Made by a program: the position numbers and the translations under genes
The notes under the pieces: generated by a model
Told to the model about the DNA's origin: nothing
The model's input: only the letters and a program-made list of their open reading frames with translations
Database searches by the model: none
Part shown: in pieces, positions 23,743-34,289 of the stretch
Position numbering within the stretch: position 1 is the first letter of the stretch
Layout: each line of letters starts with the position of its first letter
DNA from: Eutreptiella sp. 'Long Island Sound 2002'
Lineage: Eukaryota; Protista; Euglenida
Assembly: GCA_964036045.1 (NCBI GenBank)
Contig: OZ038379.1
Span: forward strand, 54,746,001 to 54,810,000
Length of the DNA: 64,000 bases
Reading direction: 5' to 3'

Positions 23743-26029
23743 AATGAAGTAGCAAGCCAAGAAGCGGAAGGCACATGAAAGTGAAGATCGCGAATGGGAA
23801 CCGGAGCTCAAGAGCCAGAAGGTTGCGGGAGGCCGTGTCTCTGCAAGGTCCATGGATGAGAGGGCAAGGGATTGGGCAGCAAAAGAGGCAACACATGGTG
23901 CAGAGACCGATGCCAGAGACCGATGCAGATGCACAAGTTGCTGTTTAGGCCAAAAAGCAGGGTGTAGCACTAGCAACAAGATGTAGCATGTGCCTTTGTT
24001 GGTCCTATTAGCCAATCATCCGTGCAAGTTCCACATCCTCCAAGGGCAAAGGAAGGGGAACACTTGTGAAGGCTGCCCCCCCCCGTCACCTACTTGTGGT
24101 GAAACTGATTCTAGAAGCCAGGCGGGGCGAAGCGGACAAACTTCAGGCATCCCCAAGGCAAAGCCCAAGAAGAGTCCCGTACCCACCAAAGGGCTGGCAA
24201 CGCCTTGGACGACTTGCCTTGAGTGCCTTTGTCTTCCATTGCCATGTCAGCTCTCTGACATGGATGTTGTGTCTGCATGTCAATGGTCTAATACAAAGAT
24301 GGTTGAGTGCCTGTTAGGCTTCTGACATCGGACGTCCTGCATGTGTGTGCTACATTTGCCTTTGTGCATGTGCGTGATGTGTGTGCCTACACGTGCAAGT
24401 TGCACCTGCACGTTTCACATCGCCCAGTGTTCTTAAAATGGCCTCGTCTTCTTCGTCCTCCTATGCCATCCCCACGTCATCACCCGCGGTTGAGACTAAG
24501 CAACAGCCCCTTCTGCCATTCTTGGCTTTCGTTGGCCTAGACTACGCCATGAGCAGCAACCATGGGCATGAACAGCAACAACGGCAACCAGCATTGCAGA
24601 ATAGGAAGAGGGCGCACACGCGATCTGCAGAGGGGCAAGCCAAGCTCGCCATCAAACGGATCAAGAGGTAGGAGGACTACTTCAAGAAGTGGCTGAGAGG
24701 GCGTTCGGGGCATCAAGATGTCAAGAAGGAGATATGCGAAGGAGGATTCAAACTCAAGATCAAAAACTCAAGGGCTGAGGTAGATGTGTTCTTGGCAGCA
24801 ACAGCAGACGGCTCGGCCAAGAGGTTGAAGACTGACTGGGACTGGGACCGCCATCCTATGAGGGAGATCTAGAAGAAGCCAAGTGAAACCCATGCCTTTC
24901 GCCGACAAGCCAACCTCACTCCCCGCTACCACAATAGCCAAAAAAATACAATCTTCATGTCCCTGAGCCAACAATGAGGAACCCCCGACTACCACTTCTA
25001 CCTGGGGATCCATGGGTCGGCAGAGTTGGCTGATCGTGTGGCCAAGATGTTCGACACGTGAGATTCAACATGGCCCTATGTGACCTTCTAACCATTCTGT
25101 TCGTTGTCTTGTCATTTGTTTTGTCAAGTGTGTGACATGAAAAGAGTGTTGTGAATTGCATGTCCCAGTTAGACGTGCCTGCCTGCATGCTAGTGTCCGG
25201 CGTGCAATGGCACTTTACGGGGGGGGGGGTTGCCTTAAGGCAAACTGGTGTGTTAGACACTTGACATGACTCTTTAACTACATTGTGTGAAGACGGTATC
25301 TGATTTTCATTTTCTTTTATTTAAACTAATCTGATTTTTCTGTGCCGGCCGTCTGACACAATCGTCTTTGCGGGTCCGTTGTCCAACCGTTGAGTAGTCC
25401 ACTGGACTTCAATTTATCAAATTTCAGCTTGTTCGCAGACAATATTGTGAATGGGAAGCACAATCTGATGCCAATGGACCTGTGGAGGTTGTTCAGGGTG
25501 AACAATGCTGAGTTGTGTTCTATGTTGTATTGTGCCGATATGTATCATAATTGGTATACATATTCACAACACATACTTGCGCTTTTGATCTATTATTGTC
25601 CAAAGGCACTTGCAGCTGTGCCCGTGCCTGTGTTGCCCTTGTCCCTGTACCACATGCGCTTCTGTGTAGGATTCGGTTCTTTCACTACTCATCAAACAGG
25701 CAGCTCGCAGAGAGGATGAACAATATGCAGTATGTCGGATGTCTTACATCTGATGTTTGTGTCAGACCTGTGACATGAATGGGTAATATGTCACAGCACA
25801 ATGCTCTGGAACAAAAAGTTCCAGGCCACACAAATTTGTGCATAGTGAAAACCATCAACTTTGGATGCCACATTTTTTTAGAGAAAACAAGTATTGGTGT
25901 AAAAAAAAACAAAAAAAGTTTTCATGTCGGATGGCACTTTTCACACCCCACCACAGCTTTGAACCCCCAAGGAGAAGGCACAAGATATGTGGACATTGCC
26001 GAGATTTGGGTTTCCGAGACGGCCGGCGT

Positions 26030-26420
26030 TAGGTAGCCACTTGGGATTTTGATCACCGCGCTAAGCACTAGGGAACGCCGAGAAGGCAACAGCCCTTATG
26101 TAGCAGCAACTTTGACCAAATTTAGGCCAATCCTGAATTTCAATCGGCAATGAGCGCCGAGGACACCCGAGAAGGTGAGGGTTATGTAGCCACTTTTGAT
26201 TTTCACCCGGTGCTGAGCATTGAGGACTCCGAAAAAGACAAAGGGATGTGTAGCCATTTTCCCCATTTTTGGGCTGCAAGGGTTCAGTGGCTACTTGTAA
26301 TCTTGACCCTTGTGCTGAGCACTTCGGACCCCCGAGCATTAACGGGTTATATATTCGTTTGGCACAAATTTGGGATACTTGTAATTTTCTACTCCTCGGG
26401 ACGGCATGCCTAAGGTCGCC
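26030..26420. repeat. Degenerate copies of the GTAGCCAC minisatellite family
   Basis: GTAGCCAC / ATGTAGC(C/A) cores recur at ~70-bp spacing; CCCCGAG(A/C)A motifs as in 3085-3875. Confidence 0.65.
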
Positions 26421-26929
26421 GTTTCTGTTTCTTTGCCACTTTTTTTCTTCCACCCTTCATGCATGCATCAGTGTTCTTGAGCAAAGCTCCGCGGATGGCA
26501 GGAAGATATGGGCTACAAAGAGTATCGTGGGGAAAATGATACGCTTGGATAAGATATGCATGTCTTGGGTGTTTGTGAATCTCTACCCTTTTGTTGGTGA
26601 TGAAGCTTACTCATCATCCATGGGTAAGGAGGAACGGACACATGCTTAGGTGCAGTGCATGCGGGGGACCGACAATCAAATTGCTTTACATCATCAGACA
26701 CGTTGTACACATACAATTACATTCGTGTTTGCAACCTGCTTGGAACTTTTTTGGGCTAAATTAAGCCTCCGGCTTGGCGCTTTGCCTGCACTGTATAGTG
26801 TATTTCTATTTGTGCATGTGCTTGTGCACGATGGGGTGCGCAGCTGCAGCCCCCCCAACCCCCCGGCCAACATATGTGCACCTCTCGATTTGGTTTCTTT
26901 TTTTTTTCTTGCGATGTGTGTTCATAGGA

Positions 26930-27765
26930 CCCCACCCTAAAAGGAGGGCCAATGGACATCACCGGGATATGGGTATCTATATGAGTGACCGGCTTGGCTT
27001 TTTTGCCTACTTTGTCCCTTTGTCCATCCTGCACCCAGCTCCGTCTGTGAACGTGGGTGGAAGCAGTGGCTTTGTAGCTTCTTGTGCGAGGTATCGAGTA
27101 CCCCTCTCGACCCGGTCCCACCTGGTTCCATTCCATCCGGAAGGGTTGTCGCGCCACCCTGTAGTGATAGTAACCCAACATCTCATTGTCCTAGTGCAGA
27201 ATAAATCTTAGTTGATGTGTGCAAAGCGCTCAGTGATAGCCATGGGTCATTTCGGCAATCCGTGCCAGAGGAGGAGGTATTGCTGCTGACAATTGGGCTA
27301 CTACCCTCATCCCTTGCCCCCTCTGTGCTTTCTTCAGGGAGCCACATGTTCAACAGCAAAAACGAACGAGAGCTGTTGCAGATCTATTCGCAGCAGTTTG
27401 GACCGCCTTCGGTGCAGGACTGGCCCGAACTTCCCACTTACCGAAAGTACCACCGCTTTGAGGCCTTTCTGAAAGACCTACCGTACAAACGTGCGGTCAA
27501 TTCCATCGCCAAACTATTGTCAAATCACGACAAAATGAACAGCTGGTCTGATAACCCGCAACTCCTCAGCTTTACTTCCCTCTTGAGTGCAATGCTGGTT
27601 TGGAATCCCGCCCATCGACCCTATCCTCGACAGCTGCTGGGCCAGAGTTTCTTCCGCCCTGTTTGGGACGCCTTCCGAGAGGGGCCTACCGAAACACAGT
27701 TGGTGATCATGAAGAAAGTTCTCAAGTTGGATCTGAAGAAAGAGGAGAACACGGTGAATATGACA
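26930..27765 (+). pseudogene. CMGC/CDK-like Ser/Thr protein kinase, C-lobe exons
   Basis: GSHMFNSKNERELLQIYSQQFGPPSVQDWPELPTY (cf. CDK G.PLF.G.SE.DQL..I...LGTP....WP), LLSAMLVWNPAHRP (subdomain XI) and LLGQSFF; acceptor TTCTTCAG at ~27338, donor GTATGA at ~27766. The upstream exon boundary is tentative; no intact HRD or DFG motif found. Confidence 0.72.
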
Positions 27766-28651
27766 GGTATGAACACAGTGTCTTGGGGTTGCCGCCACTT
27801 CGGCTGCTGCGCTCTGCATATTGCCTGCCTTGCTGAGTGATCTGTAGGTTTCCTGAGCATGAGCGATGATGTGGTGCTTGCAGTATTGGCATGCAGCCGA
27901 GATCCGTTCCCCGACGCCGGCTCCACGTAGGCTGCGTCAGTGTGCTTCTGTTTCGGCAAGCCCGTGCGTTGCGTGCCTGCGTGAATAAGCTGTAGCACAT
28001 CACGGGTTTGCTCCACCTCAGACCCATCCCAGTGATAGAGCTCCAACTTCTCATCTCTTCCTCTTCCTGGACACCATTCAGTCAACGCCTCTGCGTTGGA
28101 CACCGTGCATGCAACTGTTGCCCTTCCGCATCATGCACGCAAGGCATATGGGAGCAGCAGGAGGTTGGCATGCATTTGGGGCAACATTCCACAGTCTATC
28201 ACACCACCTGATCAACCTGTTGCCATGGACACGCTGCCAAGGATGCACGACGGGAGATGCTCGAAACTGCGAACCACCTTAGAGGCTTGGTGCTTGGGTT
28301 TCCCTGCGATTCATTGTTACCCCCCACCCCCATCCCCCCCCACCCATTTCTCGCATGCCACAACCATGGCACGCCAAAAAGCGCTGGGAGAGAACTCTGG
28401 CATGGTGCCCATTTCTTGATACCCCACAAAGCCCGTGTTAGAAGACGTGTACATTTTGAATGTGTGTGTGATGAAGACATGTGTGTACGGTTGTGACCGG
28501 TTGACCATATATAACACAATTGGTTTGCCTGTGCACAGATCATGTTGCCACCACTTGAGTAGGCAACATGAGCCCCAGCTCTAGCCAGAGCGTGAATTTT
28601 TTCTCACAACTGTGTCATGTTTGGTGTCTTTTCTCAGGGTGCAGCTGCTAT

Positions 28652-29010
28652 CTTCAAACTATGCCGTCTGCGGCCCATTTCCAGCCTCTCCGAAATGCAT
28701 TTGCCCGCATTGTGGCCGTTGCGACAGAAAAGTTCCCTTTGTCATTGCCCGTACTCTTGGATGGGCTCGACATTTTAGACCAATTTGTCGCCGAACCCAA
28801 AGGACTGATGGCGGTGGTGCTGCCGCCCGGACACCCGGATGCCGACCGTAAGTACCTAGCTCTCGCTTTCACGTGCATCTTTTTGGCTTTCAAATACTAC
28901 GATGATTTCTATCATGATCTTGCACTGGACAGTGATGAGGGGGAGGAGATGGAAGACGACGAGGACGAGGATGAGGATGAAGAAGATGAGGGGACTGATG
29001 ACAAAAGCGG
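28652..29010 (+). CDS. Cyclin-box (PHO80/cyclin-U-like) ORF with acidic tail
   Basis: LSLPVLLDGLDILDQFV...YLALAFTCIFLAFKYYDDFY matches cyclin N-box helices 2-3 (LDRF ... LLLASK..DD.Y); followed by a D/E tract. Confidence 0.62.
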
Positions 29011-29994
29011 TCCACTCTCCCTTCTTTTTTTTTGTCTGGGAGTGGGGATGCTAGAATCCCACCTTGAATCAAATGTAAACCTCCTTCTAACTCCAATTTC
29101 CCAAACATCAGTGTGATGGAAACCAAATACTAAGCCCTAGAATGTGGTTGCAAATGCTACGTTGTGTGTTTCTATTCATCATTGGGAGCATGGCCATGGA
29201 TAAGTGCAACCTGCTGGTGCGGGTCTCATTTGTTGCACCGCGGCACTGCAGGTCCCCATGCAGCACAAAAGATTTCGGCAACCCCCACCCGAACTGTAAT
29301 AACGGAATGATTTGTGCACGTTTGCATTGGTCTTGTGGGTCGCTAATGGAGGCTGATCACACCGGCACGCAATGGTTTTGAGATGTGAAGGAAAGAATTG
29401 TACTATTTCTGCTTGCACCCGGTGTAGCAGTCTGTGGTGCAAGGTTTAGCTAGGTGTAAACTGGGCCATAGGCCAAATGGAAAATACGTGTCTTTCGTTT
29501 ATTTTTGAAAAACGTCAGTTTGTGGGCAACTGCAGTTGTTTATCTGTGTCCGTTGGTGTTAATTGAGTTTTGCTGATATTTGTATTTTGTTTGATGATCG
29601 TTTTGGGCCTCTTTGTTGTGCAAATTGTGTGCTTTTTGTCATTTTGTTTACATTTTTAGGCACTCTTTCCCCTGCTCATTCTCGGATGGGGTCTGATGTC
29701 TGGTTGTGCCCATGGGTGCTAAACAAAAGGGGAGATTTAAGGCCACAATCACACAGAAAGAGACAGCAGTTGTGCGATACAAAAAGATTTTCTTTTTCAT
29801 ATGTTTTTCCAAAAAAAGAACACAAAAAAAACCAGCAAATGAACAATTTGCAGGCCACCAGCCGGATGGCTGCTGGCCTGTGTTTATTTACAGCTTGCAG
29901 TGATGTTTGTTGGCGCTTCCCAAGTGTGTGCCCAGTTGTGTGTGGTGTTGCTCAAAGGGGTCTGGAGTAAAACCTAGTAAAAAAAAGTTTTTCT

Positions 29995-30345
29995 TTGATG
30001 TTTTTGACACTTGCTTTTGCCAATAAAGCCAATCCTTGCAATTTGGGAATCGAAAAATCTTGATGACAATGATGATGTTTTTGACACTTGCTTTTGCCAA
30101 TAAAACCAATCCTTGCAATTTGGGAATCAAAAAACTTCTCGTTTTCGATGATGCCCTTGCAGCTGAACTCAAGCAACACAATCACAATACAATCCCAATG
30201 AATCATGCCAATGATGTTTTTGACACTTGCTTTTGCCAATAAAACCAATCCTTGCAATTTGGGAACCAAAAAACTTCTCGTTTTCGATGATGCCCTTGCA
30301 GCTGAACTCAAGCAACACAATCACAATACAATCCCAATGAACATG
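29995..30345. repeat. Tandem repeat, ~139-bp unit (one partial plus two copies), abutting the 3' end of the Penelope-like element
   Basis: GATGTTTTTGACACTTGCTTTTGCCAATAAA at ~29997, 30074 and 30213. Confidence 0.88.
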
Positions 30346-30390
30346 TACTAGTTTCGACCCGGCTTAGGTCCTCATCAGCTGATAAAGCAG
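30346..30390 (-). ncRNA. Minimal hammerhead ribozyme (3' pseudo-LTR, sense to RT)
   Basis: CUGAUGA-G-GACC(uaagccg)GGUC-GAAAC-UA-GUA; 4-bp stem II, palindromic ACUAGU stem III typical of PLE hammerheads; no stem I 3' arm in the flank. Confidence 0.8.
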
Positions 30391-30559
30391 AAACATATGA
30401 ACATAAAACAATGCATTGTAAATCAGCCAAACAGCAAATGCAATTGCATTTCTACAGCGGATTAAGCACACAATCTTCTGGCTGTGAATCATCTGTGGCG
30501 AGTGTCCTGTGTACGCGCGCCCGGAAAATCTGGCACAGATTTTTTGCTGGTTTCATAAT

Positions 30560-32100
30560 GGCAAACAACCTGATCCGCGGTATAAATTTTAATCTTCTCT
30601 GTAGAACATATGTAGCCCTGGCCCATGCCATCTGGATGACTCCGTGGTGCAGTGTGCGTAGCACATGTACAGTGCGTTGTAGCTCCCTCCCACCTCACAC
30701 TGCTCCCATGGCACCATTCCCTGCATTCACCTGTGATTCCACTTGTGACAGTGTTGCGACCACAGTGTCCAGTGTGTGTGTATCTGCTCCCTCCAACTCT
30801 CTGAGTCTCTGTGCTTTGGTCATCATATACTTCCCTCTGTGGGTCCACTCAATGTATTTTTCGGAAAGTACTCTCTGGGGGTATCCCCACCACACCAGCG
30901 CTGCCTGCAAACGCTTGCAGCAACTATCATACAGATATTCATGTGAACAGATCCTGATGTATCTGAGATACTCTCCAAACACCCATGACTCACGTGTGTG
31001 TCGTGGTGCATTTGCATGCTAGGGCAAATATGAACAGGCATGCGTGGGTCTCCAGTAGACAACCGTTTTTGGGGGGAGTGCAAAGATGAAACGGACGTCC
31101 AGGAAAGTTATATTTTTTTGACAACCAACGGCGTCAAACTAAAAGGGTAAGTCCTCAGGATACATATCACACAACGCAGAGGTGACGTGGTGTGTGTCAC
31201 ACTGTTTATGTAGCACCAGTCCATCGTCCAGGAACCTGAAAATCGGTGCAGATGCCAATGGTTTCAGTCGCTCGTAGGATCGGAGCACGAGTTGCGCCCA
31301 AGGGGGGGCCGCATTGGTGCCCATGATGAAACCATAGGTTTGGCGATAGACTCCAACGCCAGCGTTGCAAAAAACGGTGTGCTGAAAAATAAAATTCAAC
31401 AACCACCAGCCCAATGTCTGGTAATCATAAGCATGGCTCAGAAAAGGCAGTTTTGTTTTCATCCTCTGCATGTCCTCCAAGCTCACTGGTTGGAAAATAA
31501 ATGACAAAAAGTCACGTTCATAATTTGACAAACAACTTAGTTGATTATCCGATAGGCCATTGCACCACTGATGCCACCAATTGAACGCCTCATGGACATG
31601 CCGCCACGAAATTCTGGGGTACAGCGCATTAAAATCATAGTTGGTCAACACCAATTGGTGTGCCGTACCCAATTTCTCCACCTGAGAGCGTACACGGGAC
31701 AAAAGGTCCATGGTGTCGCACAAAGGCGTAGCGAGTCGGTCATCCCGGCTGTCCAACTTTAGAATTATTTGGCCTACCGTGGCCATTATCACCGACGCCG
31801 ACGACGTAGCCCAGTTGCCACCCCCACTAGTGGCCTAGATGCCCACCTACCCTCAGGTGTCAAATCAAGAGACTTGTGTGACTTGACAAGTAAACGAAAC
31901 CGTGGCAACCTCGAGAAATGGTGCGCGTTTAGGAACACACACAACATATTCTCCAATGAAGGGGGCAACCTGGGGGATAGCACATCGTTAATAATTTGAT
32001 CCCAGCGTTTTCTCTTGGATAGCCACTCCTTGTGTGAGGTCTCCGGGCCCAGTTTCCTATACACAGGCAAGTTCAAAGATGTGTCACTCATGTTCGCCCT
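30560..32100 (-). pseudogene. Penelope-type reverse transcriptase (frameshift ~31795, stop at 31139); no C-terminal GIY-YIG seen
   Basis: RLPRFRLLVKSHK...SRPLVG, TNYDFNALYPRI, YRQTYGFIMGTNAAPPWAQL, FRFLDDGLV, ITFLDV, YWRPTHACSYLP, GEYLRYIRICS...WGYP and KPAKNL occur in canonical PLE RT/thumb order. Confidence 0.93.
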
Positions 32101-32289
32101 TGCCTCACGCAAGTAACATGCATGCGTCATGATACATCGATTTGTGCCGGATTTTCCGGGCGCACGCACACAGGACACTCGCCACAGATGATTCACAGCC
32201 AGAAGATTGTGTGCTTAGTCCGCTGTAGAAATGCAATTGCATTTGCTGTTTGGCTGATTTACAATGCATTGTTTTATGTTCATATGTTT

Positions 32290-32334
32290 CTGCTTTATCA
32301 GCTGATGAGGACCTAAGCCGGGTCGAAACTAGTA
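32290..32334 (+). ncRNA. Minimal hammerhead ribozyme (inverted 5' pseudo-LTR copy)
   Basis: CTGATGAGGACCTAAGCCGGGTCGAAACTAGTA at 32302-32334, identical to the other copy. Confidence 0.8.
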
Positions 32335-32454
32335 CATGTTCATTGGGATTGTATTTTGATTGTGTTGCTTGAGTTCAGCTGCAAGGGCATCATCGAAAAC
32401 GAGAAGTTTTTTGATTCCCAAATTGCAAGGATTGGTTTTATTTGCAAAAGCAAG

Positions 32455-33130
32455 CCACGCTGCTGCCCAGCAGCCGCCGGAGCCACGGCTGGTCCCCACC
32501 AAGGAGGACCGCTGCCAGCACCTAGCTGTCCCACGCGTAAAATTTTTTGCTGTCAATAATGGACGGAAGGACCTGTGTTCATAAAAGGTCTTCATAATTC
32601 AGATTCGTAAAACGCGTTCATAATTCATAAATCAACAGCACGGCGTTTTATGACGGCCGTTTCCGAATTATGAACGCGCGGATTATAAACAACTTATGAA
32701 CACGAAAATGCAGACTACAAGCATGTAGCACGTGAACCCAAATTTGGCCCAGGGCAACCATATCCTTGTCCTCCGTGACGACCATGCCGATGACCCATAG
32801 GAAGGCGGGTGTGCGCGCCTTTTCCCCATGGCCCAATAGCCCCACCAATAGCTGCGACCAGCTACCACCGGCGCATGATACGTGTCACCCCGCGGGTGCG
32901 GGTGCGGGTCCAGTCAATCGACTGGCACAGGGCTGGCCGGGATTGCACGTATTGTGCCCACGACCGCAGAGGCCAACAACGACCCGATGATGGGGAGGGT
33001 AAGACATAACAAAATGTGTGGACAAAGAAGCGTTCATAAAAGCTATTCATAATTCATGGTTTATATGTGAATTGTTCATATTTGAACCATGAATTATGAA
33101 CAATACTACTTTTCATACAGGTACCTAGGG
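32455..33130 (-). mobile_element. Element B: 5' fragment of a TTCATAA-subfamily transposon (TIR plus transposase D1/D2 exons), truncated at the PLE inverted repeat
   Basis: End CCCTAGGTACCTGTATGAAAAGTAGTATTGTTCAT (31/35 identical to the end of C); RCWPLRSWAQYVQ, RGDTY, CAGGSWSQLLVGLLGHG...EDKDMVALGQIW, intron 32573-32722 (GC donor), then GGDQPWLRRLLG. Confidence 0.82.
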
Positions 33131-34289
33131 TGAATTGCTCTACCATAATGTCTTCGACCGCCCCCTCCAGCTCCGCATTCTGCACACATCATGGCTTTTT
33201 CATTTCATCAAATTTCGTAAGAGGCGTCACGTCGCATGAGTGCAAGGAGTCATAGGATTGAAGGATGCCAAGACCAAGGAGGTCCACAACATGCTCTTCT
33301 TCTCCTAGTGCATGAGGCACCAGATCCAGACCAGTGCCAAGAAGACCGGTAGGAAGGGGAGGAAGATCAAGAATTAGCGTAGTCAAGGTGATTTCCAGAT
33401 TGCTTTGCGCATAGCTGAAGAACAATTCTTTCTGGGGCTTGTCCGTGATGATGTCTGTGGAACATGACGACGCGCACAACGCTTGTGTTGTCCCAAGGGA
33501 CATGCCGAGAGGTCGATACGTGAGATGCGCCCGACGTGCACCACATCCTTATTGGCCCTAGGGACACGTTTGGAGCTGAAGTGCAACACATGTACAACGC
33601 CCAGCCCCCACCCTTTTTCGGAGGCAAAGAAATCCAAGAAACTTAAGAGGAAAAGAAAGGAACCGAGTAAGGAGAAGAAGAAGGAAAAGAAGAAAAAACA
33701 TGAGGAGGAGAACACCAAAGAGCAAGAGAGGGAGGAGGCAAGTGAGGAGGTGTGGTATGAGGAGAAAAGCAAGGTGGCCCGCATGGCAGCAATTGATTGA
33801 AGGGCAGTCCGTTCGCTGCGGTCCACCATATTGGAGAGCAGCGAACCCATGTCCCACAACAGTGGGAAAGACGGATCCAGTTTAGGGTCTTGATTAGATA
33901 GCAAGACGGGCCGTGGGTCTAGCAACGCGTCACACAGTGGGTCCGGCACCAGTTCTGCCACCTAGTCCAACACCCATGAGGAGTGTCAGTAACATCATGA
34001 TCTTTTACTAGGTAACAATTTTACTATGTTCACTAGTTTTTTACTAGGTATCGGAACCTAGTAAAAAAAAGTTATTTTCTTACTCTTAGGCGTCACAAGT
34101 TGCCCGCCCTCTAGGACCCCATATACGCACGATGTGAGAATATTCTACATTTCTAGTTTGAGTATGCTATTTGACATATGTGAGCAATGTTGGTACCAGC
34201 GTTGTGTGACATCCATTGAAATAGGTGGTGATGTGTTAGCCTTAGGTATCCGCTTCATCTAGTGTATCATGTTTGGGGTTTTTTTGAAG

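Larger units (their letters stand above)
30226..32454 (-). mobile_element. Penelope-like retroelement (PLE), 5'-truncated, flanked by 315-bp inverted repeats (30226-30540 / 32140-32454)
   Basis: PLE-type RT between near-identical inverted copies, each containing a hammerhead motif; inverted pseudo-LTRs are an established PLE architecture. Confidence 0.9.
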
